Assembly: GCA_963835925.1 (NCBI GenBank)
Contig: CAWIHH010000004.1
Coordinates: 282,111-346,110, forward strand
DNA: 64,000 bases
DNA from: Candidatus Bathyarchaeota archaeon
GTDB lineage: Archaea; Thermoproteota; Bathyarchaeia; 40CM-2-53-6
Direction of reading: 5' to 3'
Shown here: piece after piece, positions 43,553 through 55,082 of the stretch
How positions within the stretch are numbered: position 1 is the first letter of the stretch
Layout: each line of letters opens with the position of its first letter
Made by a program: the position numbers and the translations under genes
The notes under the pieces: model-generated
Database searches by the model: none
Told to the model about the DNA's origin: nothing
What the model saw: only the letters and a program-made list of their open reading frames with translations

Positions 43553-44519
43553 TTGCTAATGATAGCGATAGTTGGAGGATTAGTGTGGTATGTGGGCATC
43601 AATACGTTGGTCACGGTAATCACCAGGACCAACCCGCTATATTTCGTGTTCGCGATTCTTGCATATTTCCTGATCAACGTATTGTTCACCGTAAGAATAA
43701 TCAGAGTTCTAAGAAAGCAAGGAATCAAGGCGACCTTCGGTAGAACACTCCTAGCACACTACAGTGGCATGCTGACTAGCGATGTTACCCCCGGAAGATC
43801 TGGATATGTCCTCACGCCGATTTATCTGAAGAATCAGAGCATTGAGACGTCAGCGAGCCTTTCGTGCGTTCTCGGCATCCAGTCGATTGAGTTTCTCGTA
43901 AAGGTTATTGGCGGAGCCTTGGCCTTGATCTACCTCTTCACTCAAACAACCTTCACGCGGCAGCTTTTGTGGATCGGCGGCATAGGGGTTGGGCTGATGA
44001 TGCTCGGAGGTTTTGCACTGGCGGCAATAATTTGGTCACCCAGCGCAGCGGCAATAATCCGCAAGATCGCTTCTTGGAAATTTCTCGCTCGGTTCACGGG
44101 TGGCGTGATGGGGAAGTTGGAGGAGTTTGGAGAGAACCGTGATGAAGGCTCGGAGTATGATTCCTGAGATTGCGTTGGTTTCCACATTTTCTTGGATTCT
44201 GAAGGGTTTCGAATGGTACTTCCTAGGCTTGGCCATCGGAATAACTAACATTGGTTGGCTGGGCTTTTTCCTAATGCATCCTCTCATAACCGCGTTTGGG
44301 TTTGTCCCCCTCACGCCCTCCGGCATAGGCTTCCAGGAGGGTGCGATCGTGGGAATCTTTCTGCTGCTGGGAGTCGATATCCGGTTGGCGCTGGCGTTTG
44401 CAATTCTTTCGCGAGGATTACTGATAATAGAGGACCTGATTGGAGTGCCCCAAATTGCGAGATCTGTTCAACTTGGACTCTTCGCTACGACGAAGCTAGT
44501 GGCCCGTGACGGCCAATAG
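43553..44519 (+). CDS. flippase-like (MprF TM-like) membrane protein paralog (frameshift at about 44130-44167)
   Basis: The hydrophobic profile matches 37021-38058, and LTSDVTPGRSGYVLTP has a counterpart there. Confidence 0.5.
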
Positions 44520-44810
44520 TTCCAGGCCGCACCTAGCGTGGCTGGCTGAGTTCGGGCGGTCCTGAACGGAAGGCCCCACGAACTAACCGGTGTTGACGCC
44601 GTATTACAAAACCCAGTAACCGCAACGCACGTCAATTTCGTTGGCTCAGCAAATCTCCGTGACGCGACATCGTAAGCTCCCGCGCTATGGTCACGTCGTT
44701 TGTTTCTCATGCAGCGTGCATGATCGGTACTTACGAGTGAGCACTTTTGAGCATTACCCAAACAGAGTTATTCTTGAAATGATGAACAAGGCAGAGGCAA
44801 GAGAATCCCA

Positions 44811-45563
44811 ATGCAACGAATCGCAGGCCTTTGTAACAGTTATCGCAAGATCAGGACATTTCTAGAAGAGGACTATGATCTCGTGAAGGCGCTACTAGAC
44901 AACAATTATGAGGCCCATGAGAGATTTCAGCGGAGAGAGTTTTTTCGAAGAGCCTTTGTTGCATTGTCTTTCAACGGGATAGATGGAGATTACGCTGAAT
45001 TTGGTGTCGGACCTACCTCATTTCCTTTGGCTTTTAGTGAATCGCGCAGAGCAAACTACCGTTGTCATCTATGGGCGTTTGATTCCTTTCAAGGTCTTCC
45101 TCGCCCTCAGGGTCTGGAAGATGAGCACCCCAAATGGAGAGAGGGCTGGTTGAGGACACCACTCGACCAGTTCAAAGACATATGCCTTCGGAACGGAATT
45201 CCAGAAAGAGACTACGATATTGTTCCAGGTTTCTTTCAAGATACGATAAGCATTGAGAAGCCTAGCAGCGTTCTTCCGACAAACATATCATTGGCATACA
45301 TTGATTGTGATCTTTACAGTTCTACCAAAGCTGTTCTCAAGTTTCTCTCCAGTAGACTCAAGCAGGGGATGATTATTGCCTTCGACGATTACTATTGCTG
45401 GACTAAGTTAACAATTTCTGGGGAACGCAGAGCATCAACAGAATTCTTCGACGGAAACGAAAAGTTTGCCTTGATTCCATACTGCCAGTACGGCTGGGGG
45501 TCAATGTCATTTGTAGTTGAAGACAAGACGCCTCTAGGCAAGAGAGCAGCTGATTTGAATTGA
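44811..45563 (+). CDS. TylF/MycF-family SAM-dependent O-methyltransferase
   Basis: GDYAEFGVGPTS (SAM-binding) and AYIDCDLYSSTKAVL match the macrocin O-methyltransferase family layout. Confidence 0.6.
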   Translation: MQRIAGLCNSYRKIRTFLEEDYDLVKALLDNNYEAHERFQRREFFRRAFVALSFNGIDGDYAEFGVGPTSFPLAFSESRRANYRCHLWAFDSFQGLPRPQGLEDEHPKWREGWLRTPLDQFKDICLRNGIPERDYDIVPGFFQDTISIEKPSSVLPTNISLAYIDCDLYSSTKAVLKFLSSRLKQGMIIAFDDYYCWTKLTISGERRASTEFFDGNEKFALIPYCQYGWGSMSFVVEDKTPLGKRAADLN

Positions 45564-46369
45564 GCAAGACCTCGATTATGCGAGATTTCTTTTACACTGG
45601 TTTGTTGCATCCAGCTGATAGTCTAAAATTTTTGTTCGGTGACAAAATGGCGAGAAATCAGATCATTTCAAAACACAGCAAGAAGCGCCAATACACTCGC
45701 ATAGCCAAGATATGTGCAACAACCGAGTCCGTGGTCCGCGAATACTTCAATGAAGCAGAGGCTGACACAGTATGCCTGAGCACGAAGAAGGTGGCCGGTT
45801 CCTTAGGTCGATGTTTGGGCCAGGTAGGCTCACCAGAAGTGCTATACACTCTATGCAGAATCATCAAACCCTTACGGGTTGTCGAGACCGGCGTGGCATC
45901 GGGACTATCTTCTGCCTTTATTCTGGAAGCAATTCGCAAGAACAGAAAAGGGAGACTCTATTCGATTGACATGCCAGACTATGAAGAGACATTGGCACAA
46001 TACAATGTCAAACCGTATTATCACAACTCGCCAGGAATTTTACCTCCGGGACTTAAAACTGGTTGGATTGTTCCAGAAGAACTGCGATCAAACTGGACTC
46101 TTGAGATAGGCTTAACCTCTGAAAAACTACCGATCGTCCTAGACGACTTAAAAGAAATTGATATTTTTCTTCACGACAGTGAACACACATACGAAAACAT
46201 GTATTGGGAATACTTCACTGCTTGGAAGCATTTGGGTATCGACGGGATTTTGCTTTCACATGATGTCACCACATATAAATGGAACAGAGCATTCGCAGAT
46301 TTCGCTAAGAAAGTCAAACAAAAACAGGTAATCATAGGGGAGCTTGGCGCGTTGAAGAAGAGCCAGTAG
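45560..46369 (+). CDS. class I SAM-dependent methyltransferase (Methyltransf_24/CmcI-like)
   Basis: VVETGVASGLSSAFILEA and FLHDSEHTYEN are the relevant motifs. The start overlaps the previous gene stop. Confidence 0.55.
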   Translation: MSKTSIMRDFFYTGLLHPADSLKFLFGDKMARNQIISKHSKKRQYTRIAKICATTESVVREYFNEAEADTVCLSTKKVAGSLGRCLGQVGSPEVLYTLCRIIKPLRVVETGVASGLSSAFILEAIRKNRKGRLYSIDMPDYEETLAQYNVKPYYHNSPGILPPGLKTGWIVPEELRSNWTLEIGLTSEKLPIVLDDLKEIDIFLHDSEHTYENMYWEYFTAWKHLGIDGILLSHDVTTYKWNRAFADFAKKVKQKQVIIGELGALKKSQ

Positions 46370-46371
46370 GC

Positions 46372-47503
46372 TCACCCAGCGATATCAGATAAACAATCCG
46401 CGAACCTCTTCCGGAACTCCGCAGTTTCGAATCTTTGTATATGGTGTTTCAGCTTCTGGTAAAGATGATCGAATTCTCCACTGAGGGCTTCACGTATTTT
46501 TTCTTGAGCTTCCTGAATTGTATCAAAACGAAGTTCATCATACGGGACAATCTCTGAAACACCCCCCTCATTTCGCACAACAGGAATGCAGCCAGCAGCT
46601 ATGGCCTCCACAACGGAAATCCCGAACGGCTCTGCATCCGCAGTATGTAGGAAAACCTTGCTCGATGCGAGGATTTTCTTTGCCTCTATTTGTGACACGT
46701 TCGGAAAGAACTCTGTGCGATCATTTCCTCGGACGGCTGCTCTCAATTGTGCGAGATGAGCAATTTCTCTGTATGTGACCGAGCGGCCAATCATCCTCAA
46801 TCTTTCATCTAAACCACGAGCGATTTTCAACTGTAGATCATGCCTCTTCCACGTCTCAAATCTACTTAGGCTGGCAACTCCAGTACGCAGTTCGGAATTG
46901 GAGCCAATTGACCAAATCGGTATGTCGACCGGCGGGTAGATGACGATTGGATTCAAGTCCGCAGACAGTCGTTCAATGATCCTATTCCTTGTGTAATTGC
47001 TGTTAGCGATATGGACCTGCACTCGTTTCCATCTATGAACAAATGTGCGAGCAAGCACTCTGATTGGAGCAAGGTAAATCTCTTCTAGGTTACTGTGCTT
47101 GTTCCTCAACCACGAAAGGTCACTGGGAAGAAGGTTCCAATACACTATGTCGGGCAGTCTCAGGTATGGCGCAAGATGACTGCTAAGAAACGGCACCATG
47201 TCAACGAAAAGATCACACGGTCCGATTCGTTTGTCCAAGACACTCCTAGCCAAGTCCAAGTAAATCCCCCCTCTTCTAAGGCCATACGCTCTGCCTGTAA
47301 GATGGGACCCTGGTAACCCGCAATCGACATCGAGCACTGACTGTGTGGCCAAGACCCGCGGCAAGGTCTATCGGCTTGAAATCGGCGACCAAGTAAAGAT
47401 CAACCGTCCAGCCAAGATCTGCCAGAACCTCAATCGTTTCAAGCGTTACCCTTTCGCTGCCGCCCATCGGAAGCATATGTGAATTGTAAATCGCAGCAAT
47501 CAT
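46372..47503 (-). CDS. glycosyltransferase family 4 (frameshift near the N-terminus)
   Basis: The C-terminal GT-B motif is EPFGISVVEAIAAGCIPVV. The N-terminal piece lies in ORF 47276-47503. Confidence 0.65.
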
Positions 47504-47960
47504 AGCGTTACCTGAAATTATTGCCTTTGAAACTGTTACAAAGAGCCTGGGAGGTTAAAGCTGTTCCGAGAATCTTACTGTCTTAGGGAAGCAGGAACTC
47601 ATTCTTAGTTCAAGAGTTATAGAAAGTTATAGCATCCGTGACGCCCATATTTTGACAGAGTTAGAGACCAAGTCATTTGGTTCACAACTGAAACAAAGAT
47701 TAAAATGAGGATTCCTTTCCCATGGCAAAAAGCTCCTAGATCGAGTGGGACGCTAAGGCTGCAAAGCTATCTGCCCCTAATGCTTGCTATCCACGCATTC
47801 TTGACCAAATCTATCGACGGTGGAAAGCCTGTCCCAATGACATCGCCCTTTTCATTGTTAATATATCATGATATGTTGCCTCAGCGCTGCTACGATTGGT
47901 AGAAACTCTACACTAAGAAGCTATAATCGGGCAACACTCATCGAGGGAGCCTGATGAGGC

Positions 47961-49106
47961 TCAGAAGAAGCCATCGGTCAAGAAGGCCCACCATCCTACG
48001 AAGCACAGTGCCAGAAATGTGATGACTGCACAATAAAATAGCCACTTTCTCTTTGTGCCAAGGGCCAATGCTATTGGAAAAATGAAGGCGAGGTAGCGTG
48101 GAGATGATCCGAAACTAGGAAAGAAACCGAAGTAGAGTATTACCGAAAGAGATACCACTGAATAGAGCCCAAGGGCAGGCTCCATCTTCCACACTACGAG
48201 CGAAAATAGAGCAACGAGTAAAACAGATACCAGTGCAGCAAGCGCATTCGGAAAATACTTCCACAGAAAAGAGAGCAATACTTGGAGTGAGTCAAGCCTA
48301 CTCTGAGCAAGTTCGATTAGTGCAGTGCGGAAGATAATTGAATTCTGGCTGCTCCAAAAAATGCGAGCAGCGAACACAGCTAACGAACCCGTCTTAGAAT
48401 ATGCATAGATTAGCCAACCCGTCAGCGCGCTTGTTGGGATGGCTAAGCATGCTAGCTTCCTAAATTCCCGGCGGCGCAGAAAGTTGTAGGCAAGGGGGAG
48501 CGCTATGAGAATCCCATACGACCTGGTAAGTGTACAGAAGCCGGCGGCAAGACATGCCCTTACCTCTTTGCCCTGCAAATGATAATTCCAAGATAGAAGA
48601 GATAGAAGAAGAAATACCGATTCCGAATAGCTCACGCCTGAGAACACAAAGACCGGGGGAAATAGAAAGTAAAGCAACGCGGCCTCGAAGGCTTGTTCGG
48701 GCGGAAGGTATTTGCCTGCGATTTTCAGAAGCAACGGGATACTCACCAATCCGGCAATCGTAGCAACAACAAACGCCCCCACTGGCACGTCGATTCCGAC
48801 GAGGTAGAGCGCCCTGACGATGGATGGATAGAGCGGAAAGAAAGCCCATTGTGGTGACAATGACGAAGGATACCAGTATTGGGCTATTGAATAGTAGTAC
48901 GCCGAATCCCATGCAGAAAAAAGGTAGAGCCAATCGAAGGGAAGTTTCACCGCCCCCATGAACGGCACGTTGAATATGCCCTTCGTTCTGAGCGCATTGT
49001 AAAGAAATGAAACACAAATAATTCGTATGGATATTACAAATCCAATGCAAAAGGAGGCACTGCGCTTGTATGCTGCGGAAATGTTCAATGCCCAACGCAC
49101 CAGCAA
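47961..49106 (-). CDS. polytopic membrane protein, putative GT-C glycosyltransferase (PIG-V/DUF2029-like)
   Basis: About 10 TM segments, with a WDSAYYYSIAQYWY loop motif resembling mannosyltransferase PIG-V-type GT-C enzymes. Confidence 0.45.
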   Translation of the reverse strand: MLVRWALNISAAYKRSASFCIGFVISIRIICVSFLYNALRTKGIFNVPFMGAVKLPFDWLYLFSAWDSAYYYSIAQYWYPSSLSPQWAFFPLYPSIVRALYLVGIDVPVGAFVVATIAGLVSIPLLLKIAGKYLPPEQAFEAALLYFLFPPVFVFSGVSYSESVFLLLSLLSWNYHLQGKEVRACLAAGFCTLTRSYGILIALPLAYNFLRRREFRKLACLAIPTSALTGWLIYAYSKTGSLAVFAARIFWSSQNSIIFRTALIELAQSRLDSLQVLLSFLWKYFPNALAALVSVLLVALFSLVVWKMEPALGLYSVVSLSVILYFGFFPSFGSSPRYLAFIFPIALALGTKRKWLFYCAVITFLALCFVGWWAFLTDGFF

Positions 49107-49397
49107 TTGTCCTCGCGGTTGTACCTCAAAGGGCTCACACTTCCGACCATTTTACAAGCGAGTTTGACACTTAAGTCCACTCGAGCACCCAGTCATGCGA
49201 GACAGCTAAGATCACAGAAAATGAATGACAGATTCGAGTTAAGTATCTTGACTTCATAGCAATTAGTGAGTCGTCAATTATGACGACTGTGATGTGACCA
49301 TGAAAGTAAGGTTGCATAACTTAGTTGGCATGTTTCTCGGTTAATTAGTTGAAATGCTTAGAGGCTATCAAAGACGTCCATACGGACGGATAAGATC

Positions 49398-50552
49398 ATG
49401 AATATCGCAGTGGTAAACAGCTTCTTTCCGCCTTGGCGCGGAGGCGCAGAGACCTACGCGTACAACCTTTCCAAGGCATTGGCAAGGCGCAGGCATAATG
49501 TTACTGTTTTGTGTGGAAGCGATCCACTCCCACCTGGAACAGGCAACCAAGATGGTATACGAATCAGACGCCTAAGGATTCTTGGGAGGCTCTACGGGAC
49601 ACCAATAATGCCAGGCTTGGCGATGGAGTTGTATCATCTTGACGTGGATATCTTTCACGCAAATTTCCCCAGTCCTTACATAGCCTTCAATGTGGCACTC
49701 GCATCCGGATGCAAATCCGTCCCGGCAGTGCTAACTTGGCACAATGACTTACCCCCCGTGACGGCGGGGGCGAGATTTCTTATCGAGGCTCATGATAGGT
49801 TCGTCCTCCCAAACTATCTTCGGCCTTATCGAAGAATCATCTCCACCTCCCAAACCTACGCCAAACGTTCACGAATCCTGAAATCGCTTCACGGCTTAGT
49901 CACAGTTGTCCCGAATGGCGTCGACTGCGAACGTTACAATCCAAAAGTCAGTGGCAAGGAGATCAGGAAAAGCCTGAGTTTAGGCCAGAAGTTCACCTTT
50001 CTCTTTGTCGGGGCCTTGACAAAGTGGCATGGCTACAAAGGATTGGATGTCCTCATGGAGGCGTTGAGGATCACTGGCAAGACTTGCCCTGACATGAGGC
50101 TCATTGTGGTTGGCGATGGAGATCTAAAGGAGTCCTATCGAGCACTTTGCGTGAGGTACGGCCTTTCGAGAATGATGATTTTCGCAGGGAACATCCCAGA
50201 CGATAAGTTGGCTCAGTATTATGCTGCTGCGGATGCGTTGGTCCTACCGAGCAAGGATATGTCGGAAGGCTTCGGGCTTACGCTCCTCGAAGCCAATGCA
50301 ACTGGAAAACCAGTAGTCGCCAGCACTGTTGGAGGAATTCCCAGCGTAGTAAAAGATGGATATAATGGGCTGTTGGTCCAACCCAACGACCCCAAGCAAC
50401 TCGCCCAAGCCCTCTTGAAACTCGAAAAGGACCGCGCCTGGACACGAGTGCTGGGAAGGAATGGTAGGATATTCGCTGAATCGCACGATTGGAGCACCAC
50501 CGCGGCTCAAACAGAAGAAATTTACAAGGAAATTCTCTCGAATCGTTCTTGA
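49398..50552 (+). CDS. glycosyltransferase family 4
   Basis: Intact 384 aa ORF with the N-terminal VNSFFPPWRGGAE and EGFGLTLLEANATGKPVVAS. Confidence 0.85.
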   Translation: MNIAVVNSFFPPWRGGAETYAYNLSKALARRRHNVTVLCGSDPLPPGTGNQDGIRIRRLRILGRLYGTPIMPGLAMELYHLDVDIFHANFPSPYIAFNVALASGCKSVPAVLTWHNDLPPVTAGARFLIEAHDRFVLPNYLRPYRRIISTSQTYAKRSRILKSLHGLVTVVPNGVDCERYNPKVSGKEIRKSLSLGQKFTFLFVGALTKWHGYKGLDVLMEALRITGKTCPDMRLIVVGDGDLKESYRALCVRYGLSRMMIFAGNIPDDKLAQYYAAADALVLPSKDMSEGFGLTLLEANATGKPVVASTVGGIPSVVKDGYNGLLVQPNDPKQLAQALLKLEKDRAWTRVLGRNGRIFAESHDWSTTAAQTEEIYKEILSNRS

Positions 50553-51456
50553 CTCGGTTTCCGCGACTAATGCTTCTCGGACTACTGTGATTAGTGTGAA
50601 TAGGATTATGCCGGTAAAGAGAGCGAGTAATCCTATGATGCCGGATGCGACAGCAATGAGCGCGAGGTTCGTTATCACTCGCCCCCAATGTTGATAGTAG
50701 TCAATTGTCATGAAACCAAATATGGAAGATACGATCAGACTAGCCGCAGCGAATCCGCCGTAGAAGAGCAAGGGGTGCCTAATTGAGACAAATTTCACTA
50801 GGCTGAAGAGTACGTCCAGCCAGTGCATAATAGGATTATGTGATGACGATTTGAGGTCAGCATATTTTGCGGTGATGGGCACCTCGACAATTTTCATGCC
50901 CGCTCGATGCGCACGCATTATTATCTCCGAGTCGATGCCCATCCCGAACTCGGTTGCCATCAATTCTTCGATCGCCTTTCTGGAGTAGGCTCTGAAGCCG
51001 CTCTGTGTGTCCACGATCCGTTCATCTGCTCTTACCTGCGTGGACATGTCGAGCATCCTCCCTCCAAGCCATCTATGTCTAGGCATGTCGGCGGGTCTGG
51101 TTGTTCGAGCCCCTATAGCTACGTCTGCTCCGGTCGTTCGCAAGCTATCTAGTAATGCGGGTATGCTGGATGGGTCATGTTGACCATCCCCATCCAAAGT
51201 TACTAGGACGTCTGCACCAATTTGCCGACGCCCACTGGAAACAATCGCGGATTGCGGCTCCCTTTCCCAGATTCTTCCCATGTCTCATAACAACGGCGCC
51301 AAGTTTTTCCGCAATTAGCGCGGTGTCGTCTTTGCTTCCGTCATCGACCACAAGAACTCGATCTGCAAGCATCTTTGAGCGTACAATGAGTTTTGCAATT
51401 GTTCGTTCTTCGTTTAGAGCTGGGATCCCAACAACTACTTCCAAACTGGACGCCAA
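50244..51456 (-). CDS. GT2 dolichol-phosphate-sugar synthase-like glycosyltransferase with C-terminal TM helices (frameshifted; the 3' end is probably over-extended)
   Basis: The N-terminal piece is VVVGIPALNEERTI...VLVVDDGSKDDT. The body is VLVTLDGDGQHDP...DTQSGFRAYS plus 2 TM helices. The called ORF overlaps the 3' end of the GT4 gene by about 300 nt, which suggests a lost stop. Confidence 0.65.
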
Positions 51457-51535
51457 CTACTCGCCTTGAAGTTCTCCGTCGTGTATCAGGAGGATACTTA
51501 GGCTTAAAGGGCTATGCCGCTTAGTTGGCGGATGA

Positions 51536-52243
51536 GTGTCTTTGAAGGCGGCGATTCTCGCTGGGGGCGCCGGGACCAGGCTCTATCCAATAACGGCATA
51601 CGTGCCTAAAGCGTTGATTCCGATAGGCAACCGATACGTAATCGAGTACATTATCGATTATCTGAAACATCATGGAATCAACGATATTGTGATGTTGATC
51701 TCTGAAAACGAGTTCGAATTGATCCGGAATCATTTGGGAGATGGCGAAAGGTTCGGGGTAGGGATTGAGTATTCGGTCGCAGAGCGAATTGGCACAGCAG
51801 GAGCAATAGGCGCGGCTGCTGATCTGCTCGGCGATACATTCGTTCTCTACTATGGCGACGTTCTCACGGATATGGACTTGAAGGCGATGATGGATTTTCA
51901 CATTAAGAAGACATCGACCTGCACGCTCGCTATGAGTACAACTGTCCCGATGGACTATGGTGTGGCTCGGGTCGCGGACGATGGGAGAGTGACGTTTTTC
52001 GAGGAGAAACCGATCCTGAAGGAGTACCCGGTCAGCATGGGCATCGACATTGTGGAAAAGGACGAGGTTCTGTCTTACTGCAGACCGAAGATAGACTTTG
52101 CGCAGCACGTAGTCCCAAGCCTCCTTAGTGCCCGAAAGGCCGTATTTGCTTACCTCACGGATAAGCGGCATTATGATATCGGCACTTTCAAGAACCTAGA
52201 GGAAGTGCGTGATCTCCTAGAAAGGAACAAAACCCTATTTTGA
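51536..52243 (+). CDS. sugar-phosphate nucleotidyltransferase (NDP-sugar pyrophosphorylase)
   Basis: AAILAGGAGTRLYPIT....PKALIPI is the RmlA/GlmU-type motif. Confidence 0.8.
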   Translation: MSLKAAILAGGAGTRLYPITAYVPKALIPIGNRYVIEYIIDYLKHHGINDIVMLISENEFELIRNHLGDGERFGVGIEYSVAERIGTAGAIGAAADLLGDTFVLYYGDVLTDMDLKAMMDFHIKKTSTCTLAMSTTVPMDYGVARVADDGRVTFFEEKPILKEYPVSMGIDIVEKDEVLSYCRPKIDFAQHVVPSLLSARKAVFAYLTDKRHYDIGTFKNLEEVRDLLERNKTLF

Positions 52244-52676
52244 ATCGCATGGAGAGAAGGCATAGAGAACCATGTGGTCCTTTCACATTTTGGGCGAATC
52301 GTGATCAGGGAGGGAAACTTCACCTACTCTGAAGCGCTGCAGGAGCCAAACCGTTCTTGTCGAGACACCCGGGGCTACATTGTAAAGTGCGGGGAATGAC
52401 CAATGTTAGATCGTAGCACCAGACAGATAAGCAGAATCGCCAACGTACTTTCTCACGAACTGTCAGTTTTCGTTGAGAATCGCAGTGCGTTCCTGCTGCT
52501 AATGATCGTTACAGCAGTCCTGAAACTCTTACTCTCAGCGGCAGCTCCAGCGAGTCAGGATCTACAAGACATTACTGCCCCCATAGCTTTTCAATCTGGG
52601 GGGAACGACGCTGGGATCGCTTTGTACGTCGCTGATCTTCCGATTTTGGAGTTCAATATCGAACGCTAACCTGCAG

Positions 52677-53705
52677 GTGACAGACTTGCAACTAGCACTG
52701 ATGAATTGGTGGTCAACCCCTCCATTTCCAATCTTAAACGAATATCACCTCTTGTCTTTGCTTCTCCGCCTACCGATGTTCGTCTTCGATGTCGCTATTA
52801 CAGTCACATTGTACCTCATGGTTTCTAGACTTGCCTCGTTGCGGAAGGCGAGAGCAACCAGCATACTTTGGTTTTTGAATCCGTTCGCGATGTTCGCAAT
52901 CGAGTTGCTTGGGGTTCCAGACGTGATCGCTACGCTTCTGACTCTGTTAGCCGTCAGTTTCCTAGTTCGCAAACATGAGATCGTGGCGGGTACACTTCTT
53001 GCAGGCGGTATCTGGATCAAGTTATTTCCTATACTTCTGATTCCGCCAGTATTCCTCTATGCCAAAGAGAGATTGAAGACAAGCGTCAAGTCACTATCTA
53101 TAATGGGGGGGATAACGTTGTCTGGATTAGCGGCATATCTCAGCTGGGTTTTTCCGACGGGCGAATTCAGTCTGGCTCCCTTCACATCCTATTCGCCTAT
53201 TACGCAGCCAATGAGTGCGATGTTCGTGTTCGCTCCACCTAGCTATATCAGCGCGGCGTCGGTTGCGCTTGTTATTCTCTACTTCACCATGTGGCTCTTC
53301 GCCAAGAGAATCAGCGGGATCACTGACACAATCTTGCCCGTGCTGCTCGTTTACTATACGTTCTCTAACCCCTATCCACAGTACTTTCTTTGGGTCTTGC
53401 CATTTCTAACTCTAGATGTAATTTTGGTGAAGCGTGAACGGCTGAAGTTTCTCGTCATAACCCTCTGTTTGGCGCTTGGAGCGTGGTTCATCGAGAATAG
53501 TGGGTACCTGACACCGAGCGGTTACAGTCTCTTTCTGATACCGCTTGAAGGAAAAAACCTGCCCTGGTACACACAGCTGATTGACTCTTTCCTAAAGAGC
53601 CCCGCGGCAGGACTTGTGGAGCCCCTTCTTTTCTCGGCGCTATATGCATCGATTTTCATATACGCATTGGAAGTTGCTCGCGGCTGGTTTGTCTCGAGAC
53701 CATAA
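52677..53705 (+). CDS. polytopic membrane protein, GT-C fold (DUF2029/GT87-like mannosyltransferase)
   Basis: About 9 TM segments, with WFLNPFAM and LIPPVFLY motifs. The small ORF 52403-52669 just upstream may be its N-terminus. Confidence 0.45.
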   Translation: MTDLQLALMNWWSTPPFPILNEYHLLSLLLRLPMFVFDVAITVTLYLMVSRLASLRKARATSILWFLNPFAMFAIELLGVPDVIATLLTLLAVSFLVRKHEIVAGTLLAGGIWIKLFPILLIPPVFLYAKERLKTSVKSLSIMGGITLSGLAAYLSWVFPTGEFSLAPFTSYSPITQPMSAMFVFAPPSYISAASVALVILYFTMWLFAKRISGITDTILPVLLVYYTFSNPYPQYFLWVLPFLTLDVILVKRERLKFLVITLCLALGAWFIENSGYLTPSGYSLFLIPLEGKNLPWYTQLIDSFLKSPAAGLVEPLLFSALYASIFIYALEVARGWFVSRP

Positions 53706-53726
53706 TGACGGTGGGAGAAACGAGCG

Positions 53727-54917
53727 TTGCTGGGACTCTCACGAAGGTGGATGATGGTAGTCACTGTTGTGGGATTTCTGAAAGTGATGATTGTACTCGT
53801 GTCACAAATAATGCCTGGAACAGATTTGGTCAATTGGATTATTGGGGCAAGTTTAGTTCTTGCAGATTTCGAGAAGGGCAGATTGCCTTCCGGATCATTA
53901 TACGGGGCCTACACTGGACTTTTCGTTTTCCTTGCACCCTTCTACTGGTTGTGGACACTTCTCCCCCTTCAACATCCGCCCTTGGCAAAAATGATTGCCT
54001 CTTCTTCGTCGCCAGCATTCGCATTGAACTTCCTGATGAGATTTCCAATTCTCCTATTCGATCTCATCATAGGGATTCTCCTTTTCCACCTCGTTCGACA
54101 ACAAACTGGATCAAGCCGAAACGGAGGCATTGCACTCTGCGCCTGGTACCTAAATCCATACAACATTTACTGGACATTGTGGGCGGGGTACTTCGATGGC
54201 ATTCCAGCCGCTGTTCTCATTCTCGCCGTGCTGTGCGGCACTAAGAAGCAGTGGGTCTACAGCGGACTTTTCTTGACATTGGCAGGCATACTTAGGCTCT
54301 TTCCGTTTCTAGCTTTACCCTTCTTTCTAGTCTATGCGCTCAGAGACAGTATTCGTTCGGCGCTGAAGCTGTTCCTCGCCTTCCTCGTGCCGTTGGTAAC
54401 GTTGTTTCTTATGGAGGTCCACTTGATGGGATCTCTCAACGTTGCAGTTGCGGGACTGATTGCAGTGCCTTTGAAGGAGTATTGGCTTCTCTACTTCTAC
54501 GGAATACCAGTAGGGAGCGCCCTGTTTAGGCTGACTCCGTTTCTTCTTCTTGTTCAACTCTACTTGGCCAAAGAGCATTGGAGGAAAGCATCGCTTACTC
54601 ATTTGACCACCGCGTGTTTGCTGGTCGTTATGGTTAGTTCATTTGGCGGGATTGAACATATCATTTGGGTTATGCCATTCCTAGCCGCCTACTTCGCGAT
54701 AAGTCTCGACGGGCTAGGACTTTTCGCATTGACCGTCATAGCGGCACTTCTATTTTCTCAGCTCACTCTGGAACTGAGTGAACTCCTACCTTTATTCGCA
54801 GGATGGCTCTATGGCCTCGAGGCGGCCTACCTAATCAAATTGAACCTTGAAGGAAGCGAGATTCACACACGGTTGCAATCGCTCAAGACGAAGTTCCTCG
54901 CAACGAACCTGGGATGA
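53727..54917 (+). CDS. polytopic membrane protein, GT-C fold paralog of 52677-53705
   Basis: AWYLNPYNIY and LRLFPFLALPFFLVY parallel the motifs of the neighbouring gene. Confidence 0.45.
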   Translation: MLGLSRRWMMVVTVVGFLKVMIVLVSQIMPGTDLVNWIIGASLVLADFEKGRLPSGSLYGAYTGLFVFLAPFYWLWTLLPLQHPPLAKMIASSSSPAFALNFLMRFPILLFDLIIGILLFHLVRQQTGSSRNGGIALCAWYLNPYNIYWTLWAGYFDGIPAAVLILAVLCGTKKQWVYSGLFLTLAGILRLFPFLALPFFLVYALRDSIRSALKLFLAFLVPLVTLFLMEVHLMGSLNVAVAGLIAVPLKEYWLLYFYGIPVGSALFRLTPFLLLVQLYLAKEHWRKASLTHLTTACLLVVMVSSFGGIEHIIWVMPFLAAYFAISLDGLGLFALTVIAALLFSQLTLELSELLPLFAGWLYGLEAAYLIKLNLEGSEIHTRLQSLKTKFLATNLG

Positions 54918-55082
54918 GGTAGATCAGATTATTCATGCCCAGGAAGCAACATTTTCGGAGCAGTATCCCGGTTTCCTAGAAACCTGTTGCATTTGTTAGC
55001 GCCGTTGATGTGACCATGTTTCGACCAAATTGCTTAACTCCCCTTACGCCTGGATCTGCGGGAAAGGTTATGGCTTACAAAG

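Noticed and set aside
48460-49095. 211 aa ORF in an alternative frame of the GT-C membrane protein gene
   Set aside because: It lies fully inside 47961-49106 on the same strand, in another frame. The hydrophobic reading frame is the coherent one.
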